Below the pieces are notes generated by a model. That model saw only the letters and a list, made by a program, of their open reading frames with translations. It was not told the origin of the DNA and searched no databases. A program made the translations under genes and the position numbers. This document shows positions 21,600 through 31,321 of a stretch of DNA of 64,000 nucleotides, piece after piece; position 1 is the first letter of the stretch; every line of letters begins with the position of its first letter. Source of the DNA: Selenomonas sp. AE3005 (GTDB taxonomy: Bacteria; Bacillota; Negativicutes; Selenomonadales; Selenomonadaceae). The stretch is from assembly GCF_905233635.1 (NCBI RefSeq), contig NZ_CAJODG010000036.1, positions 875 through 64,874 on the forward strand, in the 5' to 3' direction.

Positions 21600-22403
21600 T
21601 CATAGCCTTTTCAGAATGTAACGGTAAATTCCTTCGGCCACGCCGTCCTCGTCCACCGTCGGCAGAACATGTTCAGCCAAAGCCTTTAACTCCGGCCCGG
21701 CATTGCCCATCACCAGAGCGTGTCCTACCGTCCCCATCATTTCCAAATCGTTAAGACCGTCCCCAAAGGCATAACTGTTTTCTATGGGGATATTCATATA
21801 CTCTAAAGCCCGTTGTATGCCGGTAGCTTTGGAAATGTCGGCCGCATATAATTCCATATATTTCAGCAGCGTCGGGTCAATGAGTCCTGTTACGCCCGGC
21901 CAGGACAACAGCTTGTCAAATAAGCCGTCAGCGCCCGGTGTATCACAGAGAAACTCCAGCTTGCCGGCTTTGACATCTGACAGATCAAACTGCCGCACGA
22001 ATTTCTCCACATCAATATCTATATTGCGATAAACATTTTCCAGCCCCTTAAACTCTTCACGCAAGTAGACATAAGGATGACTTTCCAAAATGTACTCAAC
22101 GCCCTTGGACTCGGCCAGGCTCACCATATCCCGGACTGTTTCTGCCGGCATGTCCTGACGGAAAATCACTTCCCCATCCAGAATGACCACGGCGCCGTTC
22201 ATGATGACAAAACCGTCAAAAAGTCCTGATTCCGTAAGTTCAGTGTCCAAGTAAGCCCAGGGACGGCCGCTGGCAATGAAAGTATGATGCCCGGCTGCCC
22301 GCAATTCCTGAATTGCTCTTTTTACCGGCAGTGTTATTTTGGTGTGGTGCTTACGAATGTTGATTAGCGTACCATCGATATCAAAAAAAATAGCCTTCTT
22401 CAT
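21600..22403 (-). CDS. Cof-type HAD hydrolase
   Basis: DIDGTL, SGR, KATG, GDGLNDLEM. Confidence 0.9.
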   Translation of the reverse strand: MKKAIFFDIDGTLINIRKHHTKITLPVKRAIQELRAAGHHTFIASGRPWAYLDTELTESGLFDGFVIMNGAVVILDGEVIFRQDMPAETVRDMVSLAESKGVEYILESHPYVYLREEFKGLENVYRNIDIDVEKFVRQFDLSDVKAGKLEFLCDTPGADGLFDKLLSWPGVTGLIDPTLLKYMELYAADISKATGIQRALEYMNIPIENSYAFGDGLNDLEMMGTVGHALVMGNAGPELKALAEHVLPTVDEDGVAEGIYRYILKRL

Positions 22404-22405
22404 TG

Positions 22406-22588
22406 TTATCCTTTCCAATAGATACGGCATCTAATCCCCAACAGCAGAAACCAAAAGCCAAAACACCCTAAATATACCTTATCGAGAGTATCCATATTCT
22501 GGTAGTCAACTCTAAAAGCCAGTAAATATATACCTGCTAAGGCAATCAGTACATCGATCGGCTTGATTGCTTTTTTTAACCAATCCAC
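22406..22588 (-). CDS. Small two-TM hypothetical membrane protein
   Basis: Two hydrophobic stretches; ends 3 nt before the Cof start. Confidence 0.55.
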   Translation of the reverse strand: MDWLKKAIKPIDVLIALAGIYLLAFRVDYQNMDTLDKVYLGCFGFWFLLLGIRCRIYWKG

Positions 22589-22778
22589 CCCAAAGTCCCC
22601 TATCTATTGTCACTATAATCTTCTCTGTTCCTATGTTACTAAAAATCGCAGCCGCATTCAAGCATTTTACGGCAGGAAATACACTTGTTTGCAAGCACAT
22701 TGTAGCACCATTCCCCGCTTCTAGGCAATGGTTCGCATTTAATTTATGTTTTAATTGATACTATTTTTTTCGCAGCGT

Positions 22779-22871
22779 TATAACGAGGCAAGAAAATGTC
22801 CCCCACCTCAGCAGGTGGGGCACGAATAACAAAACAGGCGGCGAAGCATATCTCCCGCCTCGTTGAAACGC
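22779..22871. repeat. Dispersed structured repeat (MITE-like family A), copy 1
   Basis: Near-identical to 24842 and 45715: TATAACGAGGCAAGAAAATGTCCCCCACCTCAGCAGGTGGGG..CACGAATA..GCCTCGTTG. Confidence 0.85.
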
Positions 22872-23030
22872 TAAGAGGAACGGGGTGTGAACCTTCCTCC
22901 TTTCAGCGCTTAGTCATTCCGCCAGACAGGCCGCTGCTAGTGCAACCCGTCACTGGTTCGCGTGTCCGTTGCTTTTGGTGGACAGCTGCGCCGTCCACGT
23001 CAGCACCGACACGTGGGGCACGAATACAAA

Positions 23031-23068
23031 AAGGCCTCAAATCCTAAAAAATGCAGATTTGAGGCCTT
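23031..23068 (-). terminator. Terminator downstream of the Rpn pair
   Basis: 13-bp stem AAGGCCTCAAATC / GATTTGAGGCCTT, with a T-run on the minus strand. Confidence 0.75.
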
Positions 23069-23078
23069 GGGGACAGGA

Positions 23079-23372
23079 TTATGTTTTTTTCATTTCGTGG
23101 GCGAGTTCTTCAATTTCAGCCCGGGTTAAATCAACCCATTCCAGAATTTCATCAATCGGTTTATTCTTTTGCAGCATACGCATCGCTGTACGGCGGTCAG
23201 CAGTTTTTTCTCCTTCCACCATACCTTTAGCGAGGCCTTCTTCCATGCCTTCTGCACGGCCTTCTTCAATCCAGGCATCTTTATCGGACTCATAGTCCAT
23301 GATGGCCATTTCGCGGTTCAGATAGTCAAGGCGTTCTTGCCGGTTCTGCATAAATATAGCAGCTTCATTCAT
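23079..23372 (-). CDS. Free-standing Rpn C-terminal-domain protein (RpnS-like), 97 aa
   Basis: RBS AAGGA; N-terminal half nearly identical to the C-terminal part of the upstream Rpn; EG repeats; different tail. Confidence 0.75.
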   Translation of the reverse strand: MNEAAIFMQNRQERLDYLNREMAIMDYESDKDAWIEEGRAEGMEEGLAKGMVEGEKTADRRTAMRMLQKNKPIDEILEWVDLTRAEIEELAHEMKKT

Positions 23373-23392
23373 AGCCAGTTCCTTGGTGTTCT

Positions 23393-24286
23393 TTATAACA
23401 TAGACTTTAATTCGGTAAGGCGCTGTTCGGTAAGCCCAGTTTTTTCGCTAATCTCAGCTAATGGTTTGTTCTCTTTTATCATTTTAATTGCTGTAATCAT
23501 ATTGCTTTCGCCTTCATTTTTGCCTTCTTCAATCCAGGCATCTTTATCGGATTCATAGTCCATGATGGCCATTTCGCGGTTCAGGTAGTCGAGGCGTTCC
23601 TGCCGGTTCTGCATAAATATAGCGGCTGCGTCCAGCGCAGTCTGAATTGCAACTTCATTCATAGCCAGTTCCTCCATTTCTTTGGCATCCAGTTTGTTGG
23701 AGAAGTAAGCCAGCCAGCGCTCCACACTGGTCATTTCGCTGACGGGCTTTTTCTGGAACTTGGGGACTTCGAGGAAATGCAGTTCCATGTCTTCGTTCAA
23801 GCGGCGACCTGTTTCCTTGTTGTAAATGCTGTACATGGAGTGCGCCGGCTCGCCGGGGAAAATCGTGTAGCGCAGGATGTTGATGGTGATGGACGTTTTC
23901 AAATTCTGATACTTCCCCCCCTTGGCGAGGTTCATCAGGTACATCTGCGACCAATAGTAAAGGGTGCGGCGTTCCATGTTTTTCTTGTCCACAATCTGGA
24001 CTTCCACATCAATCTGCGTGCCATCCTCAGTGACGCAGAAAATATCCAAACGGGTGAGCTTGTCGTCATCATAGAGCGGGACAATCTCACTGTTTTGGAA
24101 CTGAATGTCCTTTATGGCCTTAGCCTCGTGACGGTCAAGGACTGCGTTGAGAAAATCGATGGTGACCTGCTTCCGCTCATCCTTGCCGAAGATGAACTTG
24201 AACAGGACATCATTCATGGGATTGTATTTTTTGTTGGCAATATCGTTTTCAATAGCCTGCTTGATTAGGTCTTTTGGGTATGTCAT
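23393..24286 (-). CDS. Rpn-family PD-(D/E)XK nuclease / putative transposase
   Basis: NDVLFKFIFG, RLDI, IDVEVQ, RTLYY, HFLEVPKF, ERWLAYF. Start at ATG 24286 after AAGGAG; TGnTATAAT at 24326-24318. Confidence 0.88.
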   Translation of the reverse strand: MTYPKDLIKQAIENDIANKKYNPMNDVLFKFIFGKDERKQVTIDFLNAVLDRHEAKAIKDIQFQNSEIVPLYDDDKLTRLDIFCVTEDGTQIDVEVQIVDKKNMERRTLYYWSQMYLMNLAKGGKYQNLKTSITINILRYTIFPGEPAHSMYSIYNKETGRRLNEDMELHFLEVPKFQKKPVSEMTSVERWLAYFSNKLDAKEMEELAMNEVAIQTALDAAAIFMQNRQERLDYLNREMAIMDYESDKDAWIEEGKNEGESNMITAIKMIKENKPLAEISEKTGLTEQRLTELKSML

Positions 24287-24561
24287 GGTAAACGCACTCC
24301 TTTGGGTTTCTAATTGGATTATACCATGAAACAGGATAATTTTCAGCAAATTCCTGTGGTAAACTTTTGCGTTATCGTGGCTTACAGGCAATTCTGTGCG
24401 GTCGTTTTTTAGCAATCAGTGTATTTCTGCCCTGTACAACCATTTGTAATCCATCGAAAATGCAACCGGTGCGAATGATAATCCTGCAAGAATATTTAAC
24501 TCTTACCGATTCTTGTACATATTAAAATCCCGGCTCTTTCAGCTCCCGCTATTCCTTTGTA

Positions 24562-24816
24562 CGGAAAAAGCTGGGCATTAAGACCACATTCCACATGCTG
24601 CGGCATGATATGGCCAGCCGGATGAAAGGCACCCATATTTTTGACCTCAAAGATATTCAAACCCAGCTGGGGCATTCCAGCATCCAAATCACCATGGATA
24701 TATATACCCATATTGACGAGGAACAGAACCAAAAAGTCAGCGGCTGGCTGGAAAGCGGCGTAAGTGACTTGTTAAACGATAAGCAGTCTTTTGAACATAA
24801 ATGCATAGGAAAATAA
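24562..24816 (+). pseudogene. C-terminal remnant of a tyrosine integrase
   Basis: FHMLRH...LGHSSIQITMDIYTH (H-x-x-R, LGH, catalytic Tyr); no N-terminal region present. Confidence 0.85.
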
Positions 24817-24841
24817 AACAATACCTAAATTTACTTACCCC

Positions 24842-24952
24842 TATAACGAGGCAAGAAAATGTCCCCCACCTCAGCAGGTGGGGGCACGAATACCAAAACA
24901 GGCGGCGAGCATATCTCCCACCTCGTTGAAACGCCAAGACAACGGCGTTATA
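24842..24952. repeat. MITE-like family A, copy 2
   Basis: Ends TATAACG...CGTTATA; core identical to copy 3 apart from one base. Confidence 0.85.
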
Positions 24953-25042
24953 AAAATATGGGGGTAAGTAAATAAATTTGACTCTACCGATTAAATTCTG
25001 GTGGCTGTCAACTGGCTGTCAATCCCCTAAAAAAAATACAAC

Positions 25043-25071
25043 AAAAAAGCCCCGTGAAAATCTCACGGAGC
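25043..25071 (-). terminator. tRNA-Leu terminator
   Basis: Minus strand GCTCCGTGA-loop-TCACGGGGC-TTTTTT. Confidence 0.7.
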
Positions 25072-25084
25072 CTTGATTTACAAG

Positions 25085-25171
25085 TGGTGCCGGCGATCGG
25101 ACTTGAACCGATACGTTGTTGCCAACGGCAGATTTTGAGTCTGCTGCGTCTGCCAATTCCGCCACGCCGGC
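25085..25171 (-). tRNA. tRNA-Leu(CAA)
   Basis: GCCGGCGTGGCGGAATTGGCAGACGC...CTCAAAA...GGTTCAAGTCC...CACCA, long variable arm; promoter TTGACA-17-TAATAT at 25233-25205. Confidence 0.97.
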
Positions 25172-25281
25172 GTTAGCAACCATAATGCGTTGCTGACAAA
25201 AAATATATTAGCATACATAGAAGTTATTGTCAAACACTTTTTTTAATAAACAATCAATTCCAGTAAAAACCCACCATACTT

Positions 25282-27228
25282 TTATTCAAGCCACTTTGTA
25301 TTACGATGTTTTTCAATAAAAGCGACAAATTCATCTATTGACAGCGGCGGCGAGAAATAATAGCCCTGTTCATATTCACAGCCCATATCAGCCAGTGTCT
25401 GAGCCATATGCTTATCTTCTACGCCTTCCACGATAATAGATATTTTTTCATCGCAGAACATTTTCATAATATGGACGAGCATGTTGCTCGAGCTGCGGAA
25501 ATGTGACCATACCAGCTGCATGTCTATTTTTACCATGCTGAATGGCAAATTCAGCAGACGTACCAGATTAGACGTCCCGGCACCAAAATCATCAAGCAGG
25601 AACCGTACGCCAATGTTTTCCATTTTTTGCATTTGGGAGGCCAACGTATCCATATCCCCGGTGGCAGATTCTGTAATCTCCAGCCGAATCTTATGCAAAG
25701 GAATCTTATGGCGTCTGGCAATGCGGTCGAGTTCTTCACCCAGGTCTTTATTCATGCATTGCGCCGGTGACAGGTTGACCGTCACAAAATCTATCCCCAA
25801 CGCTGCCAGATCATAATCACTGATAAATTGACATGTCTTGGCAAAAATCTGACGTCCCAGTTCCATAATATTGCCAGACTTCTCCGCAATAGGAATGAAT
25901 TCCTGTGGTGGTATATACCCCAGCTCATCATCATATAACCTGGCCAGAACTTCTGCCACATTCATCTTATTTTGTTTAACAGCATATAACGGCTGCAGAT
26001 TTATCTCTAAGCTGCCATTGCGTAAAGCCTTGCCCAGGGCAATTTTTATTTTTTCCTGACGATTGATTTTTTCCAAAAGCATCTCGTCAACTACATACAC
26101 CTCGGGATTATCAATTCTGGACACCTCGCTGAAAGCGCGTTCCAAACAAATCTCTACGGAATTGACATCGACTTTAGGAATGGAACGGGATAGGAAAATC
26201 GTATCCACATCCAGGGGCACTTCCACCCCACCATTGGCATGCCATGATTTCAGGAAACGTTCCTTAATGCTTTTGGTCATTCCCTGCACATCTACATAGT
26301 CAAGGCTTTGATTAAGCAGTATCAACTGTCCATTACCAAAGTAAAAGATATAGAATCCCTTAAACTGCGCATTCAGCCAGGTACCGATATTGGCCAGGCT
26401 GGCGTACATCGGTTCCGTACTGTAAACAGCTTTATAGAGCATATAGTCTTTGACGCAAATCCCCAGGCAGGAAAAAGGCACACCGGACAGGATAAATTCG
26501 GTCACCATTTCCGAAAAAGCCGCCCGGTTAAAGACATCTACCTTTCTATCCCTAAAAGAGTCAGGATTCTGAGCCGTGAGGAAAATAATCAGGATTACCA
26601 GCAGACTGAAGAAACTCGTCACCAGCGTATTCATGAAGGAATGGCGCATGACCAGGCCGACAGCCAGGATTATATTACCTGTATAAAGGCCCATCTGCAA
26701 CTTCAAAGACATTTCCCTGCGCCAGTAAAATACCACGCCGAGCGAGGCCAGAATATAAAACCAGGTGCAGTAATAAATGGAGTAATACATGCTGGTATTA
26801 TGATACCCCGATACCGGATCCATGGTAAAAATCGCCGCTGTCCATGGGGTAGAGAGCACCATAATCACGAGTAGTATAGCCGGCAGTGTCAAAATGCGGG
26901 AAAACAGATTGCCCCACCGTTTGGGAGCATCTGCCACCTCAGCCGCATAAGCAAACAAGGCCCAGCCACGCAGGATAAAGCTGATAAAATAAGCCATGTT
27001 AAGCCCATACGAAAAAGACAGGGGATATTCCTGCCAAACTTCATTTAATTCACATGACCAAATATCTGTAACTGTCATGAAAAGGTTCATCACCATGACC
27101 AGCCAGAAATATTGGCTTTTCTTGGTTGGCAACTGACGGCGCAAGTAATATACGACCATCAATATAATTTGTACGGGAATGGTTGCCAAAGCAAAGTCAT
27201 AGTTGTAAGCACTAAGCCAATTACCCAT
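25282..27228 (-). CDS. Membrane-anchored EAL-domain c-di-GMP phosphodiesterase with degenerate GGDEF domain
   Basis: About 7 N-terminal TM helices; QP, EVLAR, VNLS, EITE, DDFGAG, KID, EGVE, QGYYFS; no GGDEF motif in the middle domain. Confidence 0.88.
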   Translation of the reverse strand: MGNWLSAYNYDFALATIPVQIILMVVYYLRRQLPTKKSQYFWLVMVMNLFMTVTDIWSCELNEVWQEYPLSFSYGLNMAYFISFILRGWALFAYAAEVADAPKRWGNLFSRILTLPAILLVIMVLSTPWTAAIFTMDPVSGYHNTSMYYSIYYCTWFYILASLGVVFYWRREMSLKLQMGLYTGNIILAVGLVMRHSFMNTLVTSFFSLLVILIIFLTAQNPDSFRDRKVDVFNRAAFSEMVTEFILSGVPFSCLGICVKDYMLYKAVYSTEPMYASLANIGTWLNAQFKGFYIFYFGNGQLILLNQSLDYVDVQGMTKSIKERFLKSWHANGGVEVPLDVDTIFLSRSIPKVDVNSVEICLERAFSEVSRIDNPEVYVVDEMLLEKINRQEKIKIALGKALRNGSLEINLQPLYAVKQNKMNVAEVLARLYDDELGYIPPQEFIPIAEKSGNIMELGRQIFAKTCQFISDYDLAALGIDFVTVNLSPAQCMNKDLGEELDRIARRHKIPLHKIRLEITESATGDMDTLASQMQKMENIGVRFLLDDFGAGTSNLVRLLNLPFSMVKIDMQLVWSHFRSSSNMLVHIMKMFCDEKISIIVEGVEDKHMAQTLADMGCEYEQGYYFSPPLSIDEFVAFIEKHRNTKWLE

Positions 27229-27365
27229 ATTTATTTCCCTCATAATGCTTTCTCTTTTATTCTCTCAGTATGATAGATTCGACAATCAATTTATTTTTCC
27301 CTGCTGAATTTTTTAAAAAGAAAAACGCACCTGCCAGGCAAGTGCGTTTAAAAGCATTATTAAAA

Positions 27366-28766
27366 TCAGTTTATCAAGCCAAAGGCCTGCAGGCAAAGGA
27401 TTACCATTACCACAGGAGCTACATAGCGGATAATCACGCGGTAAAGACCTTTGCGCGGCATGTGGCTGCCATCGGCCTCCATTTCGGAAATAATCCATTC
27501 CGGTTTTACCAGCCAGCCGATAAGAATTGCCGACAGGAAAGCAATAATCGGCATCATGCAGGCCGTACTGATATAGTCCATGATATCGAGCAGCTGTCCC
27601 GTAGAACCATTAGGCAGGCCCACCTCCACATAAAAGAGGCTGTAGCCCAAAGCAATTACGACTGTAACAACAGTATAGAAAGTGCTGACAACCAGCGTAA
27701 CTTTTTTACGTTCAGCCTGGAAGATTTCCATACAGTTAGCTACGATAGCCTCCAGCACCGAGATACAGCTGGTCAGGGCAGCAAAAATTGCCATCAGGAA
27801 GAAAGCTGCACCGATGATAATACCCACAATTCCCAGAGAATTGAATACCTTCGGCAGGGATACAAACATGAGTTTCGGGCCAGCAGCCATGCCTTCCATA
27901 CCGGAGAAAGCAAAGATTGCCGGGATAATCATCATACCTGCCAGAACTGCTACAGCAGTATCCACAATCGCAATCTGGGATACGGACTGATTAAGGTTTA
28001 CGTCCTTCTTAACATAGGAACCATAGGTAATCATGATACCCATAGCCACACTCAAAGAATAAAACATCTGGCTCATGGCATCCAGTACAATCTGAATGTA
28101 CTTGCCAAGAGTCAGCCCCTCAAAGTTGGGCAGCAAATAAATAGCCATGCCCTGCAAGCCGGTACGTACTGCGCCGCTGGGGTCATGAACCTCCAGTGTC
28201 AGCACATAGAGGGAAATCAGAATAACCGTAACCAGCAGCACAGGCATTATAATACGGGAAGAAGCCTCAATGCCCCGTTCTACCCCGCGGTAAACGACAT
28301 ACGCCGTTGCCAGCATGAAAATTGCAGCATAAATGCCAGATTCCACAGGATTGGTAATAAAGCCTACAAAATATTCATCACTGGCTGCCGCCGCGCCGCT
28401 GCCGGTCAAAAAGACCACCGCATATTTGGTAATCCATCCACCGATAACTGCATAATAAGTCATTATAATTGCCGGTACCATAAATGTCAGGATTCCCAAA
28501 AACTTCCAGCCGGGTTTCATGGCGCCATAGGCCTTAATGGAACTAAGCTGGGTACGGCGTCCAATTGCCAGGTCCGATGACAACAACGCATAACCAAACG
28601 TCAGCAACAAAATCAGATACGTCAGCAGGAAAATTCCGCCGCCATCCTTTGCCGCAAAATAAGGAAACCGCCATAAATTACCCACACCTACTGCGGAGGC
28701 GGCTGCCGCCAGGACGAATCCCAGCTGGCCGGAAAAGCTGCTGTCCTTGCTTTTTTTCTCGTTCAT
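27366..28766 (-). CDS. Sodium-dependent transporter (NSS/SNF family)
   Basis: AVGVGNLWRFPY, GG, YYAVIGGW, QMFYSLS, YGSY. Confidence 0.93.
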   Translation of the reverse strand: MNEKKSKDSSFSGQLGFVLAAAASAVGVGNLWRFPYFAAKDGGGIFLLTYLILLLTFGYALLSSDLAIGRRTQLSSIKAYGAMKPGWKFLGILTFMVPAIIMTYYAVIGGWITKYAVVFLTGSGAAAASDEYFVGFITNPVESGIYAAIFMLATAYVVYRGVERGIEASSRIIMPVLLVTVILISLYVLTLEVHDPSGAVRTGLQGMAIYLLPNFEGLTLGKYIQIVLDAMSQMFYSLSVAMGIMITYGSYVKKDVNLNQSVSQIAIVDTAVAVLAGMMIIPAIFAFSGMEGMAAGPKLMFVSLPKVFNSLGIVGIIIGAAFFLMAIFAALTSCISVLEAIVANCMEIFQAERKKVTLVVSTFYTVVTVVIALGYSLFYVEVGLPNGSTGQLLDIMDYISTACMMPIIAFLSAILIGWLVKPEWIISEMEADGSHMPRKGLYRVIIRYVAPVVMVILCLQAFGLIN

Positions 28767-28975
28767 GTACATCACCTCTAATTCTTAATAAGACTATTAT
28801 ACACTATTACAGTTATTTGTAAAGTATTTTATTATTTATATAGACCTTTGTTCTTCTCTATTAAACATATATTTTAGCCTTAACAAAAAAACAGCCGTAA
28901 TCCTGGCCATATACCAAGATTTACGGCTGCTTGAGTTAATCCGCTCTGTTATGTCAAATGGACATTTGTATATTG

Positions 28976-29599
28976 TTAATCCGCATCAGGATTTTCCAAA
29001 ATATGTTCTATTTTGGTTTTCATCACATCAAAAGCCACATCGTTCAAGCCACTGTTGAGTACGATATCAGCCACATTACGCGTCGGTTCCACATAAAGAT
29101 AATGCATCGGCTTAACCGTTGCCAGGTAATGCTCAATGATATCCTGCAGTTCGCGGCCGCGTTCATCCATGTCACGAACCACGCGGCGCAGAATGCGTTC
29201 ATCAGCGTCAGCTTCTACGAAAATCTTTATGTCAAAAGCATCGCGCAAACGTTCATCCTGTAAGATAAGAATACCTTCCACGACAATGACGCGGCTGGGA
29301 TAAATGGTAATCGTTTTATCCGAACGGTTATGCTGCGTAAAATCATATACCGGACATTTTACGCTTTTACCCTGTTTAAGTTCTTCCAGGTGCTTAACGA
29401 GCAAATCTGTTTCGAGTGCCTGCGGATGGTCGTAGTTTATCCTGCGGCGTTCCTCCATAGACAAGGCATCATTAGCGCGATAATAGTTGTCATGATAAAT
29501 GACGGTTATGTTTTCACCAAAAAAACTTTTCAAGCGATTAGTAAAGGTGGATTTCCCCGAGCCGGAACCTCCAGCTATACCGATAATCGTTGTTTTCAT
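28976..29599 (-). CDS. udk: Uridine kinase
   Basis: GIAGGSGSGKST, NYDHP, VEGIL, RRVVRD, KPMH. Confidence 0.93.
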   Translation of the reverse strand: MKTTIIGIAGGSGSGKSTFTNRLKSFFGENITVIYHDNYYRANDALSMEERRRINYDHPQALETDLLVKHLEELKQGKSVKCPVYDFTQHNRSDKTITIYPSRVIVVEGILILQDERLRDAFDIKIFVEADADERILRRVVRDMDERGRELQDIIEHYLATVKPMHYLYVEPTRNVADIVLNSGLNDVAFDVMKTKIEHILENPDAD

Positions 29600-29734
29600 T
29601 TGGTGCAACACCTCCTTTGATAATACAGCATTAGGAGTATTATATCACAAAAAACACATGTAAAAAACTGACAATTTGAATAAATAGTTTATAGAGTCAA
29701 TCCATACAAAACAATATTACCACTGCCCCATTGG

Positions 29735-30469
29735 TCACTGCTGGTCCTGCTGCAAAAGCTCATACAACTCGACCATTTCACTAATCCTTGTCACTTCTTC
29801 TATGCTCAGTTCATGCCGTCTTGCCTTGCCTGTACTGCTATTATAATAAACAATACTGCCCTGTTTGGACTGGGCAATACGTTTAAACGCCGCTACCGTT
29901 TTCTTGTCAGCATTGACCACATAATTTTCCGATAGCCATTCCGCGTCGGAGGCCATGTGTTTATGCATGGTTGACGGGTCAAAAGACAGCGTCGTGGTCT
30001 GACCGCCGGCGGCAATGTCCAGATGGTCTCCCATCACCCAGGCCGTCTGCTCTGCATCATGAATAGTGTAAAAATAATAGACGTCGTTTTTCAGCAGGCA
30101 TCCCCCCTGCCCTTCGGCCACAAATGGACGCAAATACACACCAGGTGCCAGCTTTTTCGGCCATGTATGTTTATAATAAGTAACGCCATTGATAGTTTCT
30201 GAATGCATGCCGCCTTTCAGGTCCTGCTCTTTCTTTTCTGCGGCTTTTTTTGCTGCCGCCGCCTGGATAAGTGCCGGGTCAACCTTCTCTTCCGGCTCTT
30301 TTTCCTGTTTCTTCGCCGCAGGTGCTGTTTCTGTCATCGTCTGCGCTGCCTGCCGTGCTTTTTCTACTTTGGCATGTTCTGTTTCATAGGCAAAATAAGC
30401 CGCCACACCGATGACCATAATCAGCAGGTACAAAACTGCTGCAACAGCGATGATGTGGGATTTTTTCAT
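29735..30469 (-). CDS. Hypothetical membrane-anchored protein
   Basis: RBS AGGAGG, single N-terminal TM, Ala/Lys/Glu linker, globular C-terminus. Confidence 0.7.
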   Translation of the reverse strand: MKKSHIIAVAAVLYLLIMVIGVAAYFAYETEHAKVEKARQAAQTMTETAPAAKKQEKEPEEKVDPALIQAAAAKKAAEKKEQDLKGGMHSETINGVTYYKHTWPKKLAPGVYLRPFVAEGQGGCLLKNDVYYFYTIHDAEQTAWVMGDHLDIAAGGQTTTLSFDPSTMHKHMASDAEWLSENYVVNADKKTVAAFKRIAQSKQGSIVYYNSSTGKARRHELSIEEVTRISEMVELYELLQQDQQ

Positions 30470-30586
30470 AGCTTATCCTCCTGGTATCTCTCACAATTAC
30501 ATTTATACTTTATTCAATACGACAAACGAGCGAAATTTTCCTGCCCGCTAATGATAGTCAGGAAAACTTTCGCTCGTCTGTTAGAT

Positions 30587-31321
30587 TTATTTATTTGTGT
30601 CTGCCAAAAACTGGCGGTCCTTGTCAGTAAGGTCAGCCTTAGCCAACAGGTCAGGACGATATTTTTTCGTCACCAGCAGGGATTGCTCCCGGCGCCACTG
30701 CCGTATTTTGGCATGGTCACCGTTCAGCAGCACCTCCGGCACTTCCATACCTTCAAATTCCCGGGGACGCGTATACTGGGGAAATTCCAGCAGACCCTCA
30801 TAAAAGGAATCCGTAGGTGCTGATTCTTCATGTCCCAGAACCCCCGGCAGCATACGGGATACCGCATCAGTTATCACCATAGCCGGCAGTTCACCACCGG
30901 TGAGGACAAAATCACCAATCGAGATGGCCTCGTCAGCCAGTTTATAAATACGCGCATCAAAGCCCTCATAATGACCACAGATAAAAACCAGCTGGTCATA
31001 AGCCGCCAATTCCTTGGCCTTTTCCTGATTAAAGGTCGGGCCGGACGGGTCCATAATCAGTACCCGGCGATTGGCTGCGTATTCAGCTGTTCTGGCTAGT
31101 ACATCACGCACAGCCTTATACATTGGTTCCGGTTTTAACACCATGCCGGCACCGCCGCCAAAAGGGCTGTCATCGACATGATGATGTTTATCCTCAGCAA
31201 AATCGCGGAAATTGGTAAAATGAATATCCAAAATACCTTTATCCACAGCCCGTTTGGTAATGCTGTCACCAAACGGGCCGGCAAACATTTCCGGAAATAT
31301 TGTCACCATATCAATGCGCAT
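30587..31321 (-). CDS. trmD: tRNA (guanine-37-N1)-methyltransferase
   Basis: DDSPFGGGAGM, CGHYEG.D.R, SIGDFVLTGGE. Confidence 0.97.
   Translation of the reverse strand: MRIDMVTIFPEMFAGPFGDSITKRAVDKGILDIHFTNFRDFAEDKHHHVDDSPFGGGAGMVLKPEPMYKAVRDVLARTAEYAANRRVLIMDPSGPTFNQEKAKELAAYDQLVFICGHYEGFDARIYKLADEAISIGDFVLTGGELPAMVITDAVSRMLPGVLGHEESAPTDSFYEGLLEFPQYTRPREFEGMEVPEVLLNGDHAKIRQWRREQSLLVTKKYRPDLLAKADLTDKDRQFLADTNK

Noticed and set aside
22796..23047. Short ORFs over the repeat copies (also 24737-24937, 45605-45898, 45655-45846)
   Set aside because: Their mutual similarity comes only from the shared non-coding repeat; no RBS or protein features.
23259..23673. Rpn repeat pair as a diversity-generating retroelement TR/VR
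   Set aside because: No reverse transcriptase in the window, and the few differences are synonymous rather than an adenine-specific diversifying pattern.
22779..24952. Repeat copies 1 and 2 as ends of a composite transposon or as CRISPR repeats
   Set aside because: A third copy lies 21 kb away in unrelated context; no regular spacers, cas genes or shared flanking duplication.
27270..28580. 436-aa plus-strand ORF
   Set aside because: Antisense to the NSS transporter; His/Asn/Gln-rich composition mirrors hydrophobic codons on the other strand.
28776..28975. Riboswitch or T-box upstream of the NSS transporter
   Set aside because: The region is AT-rich with only the udk terminator hairpin; no recognisable aptamer motif.
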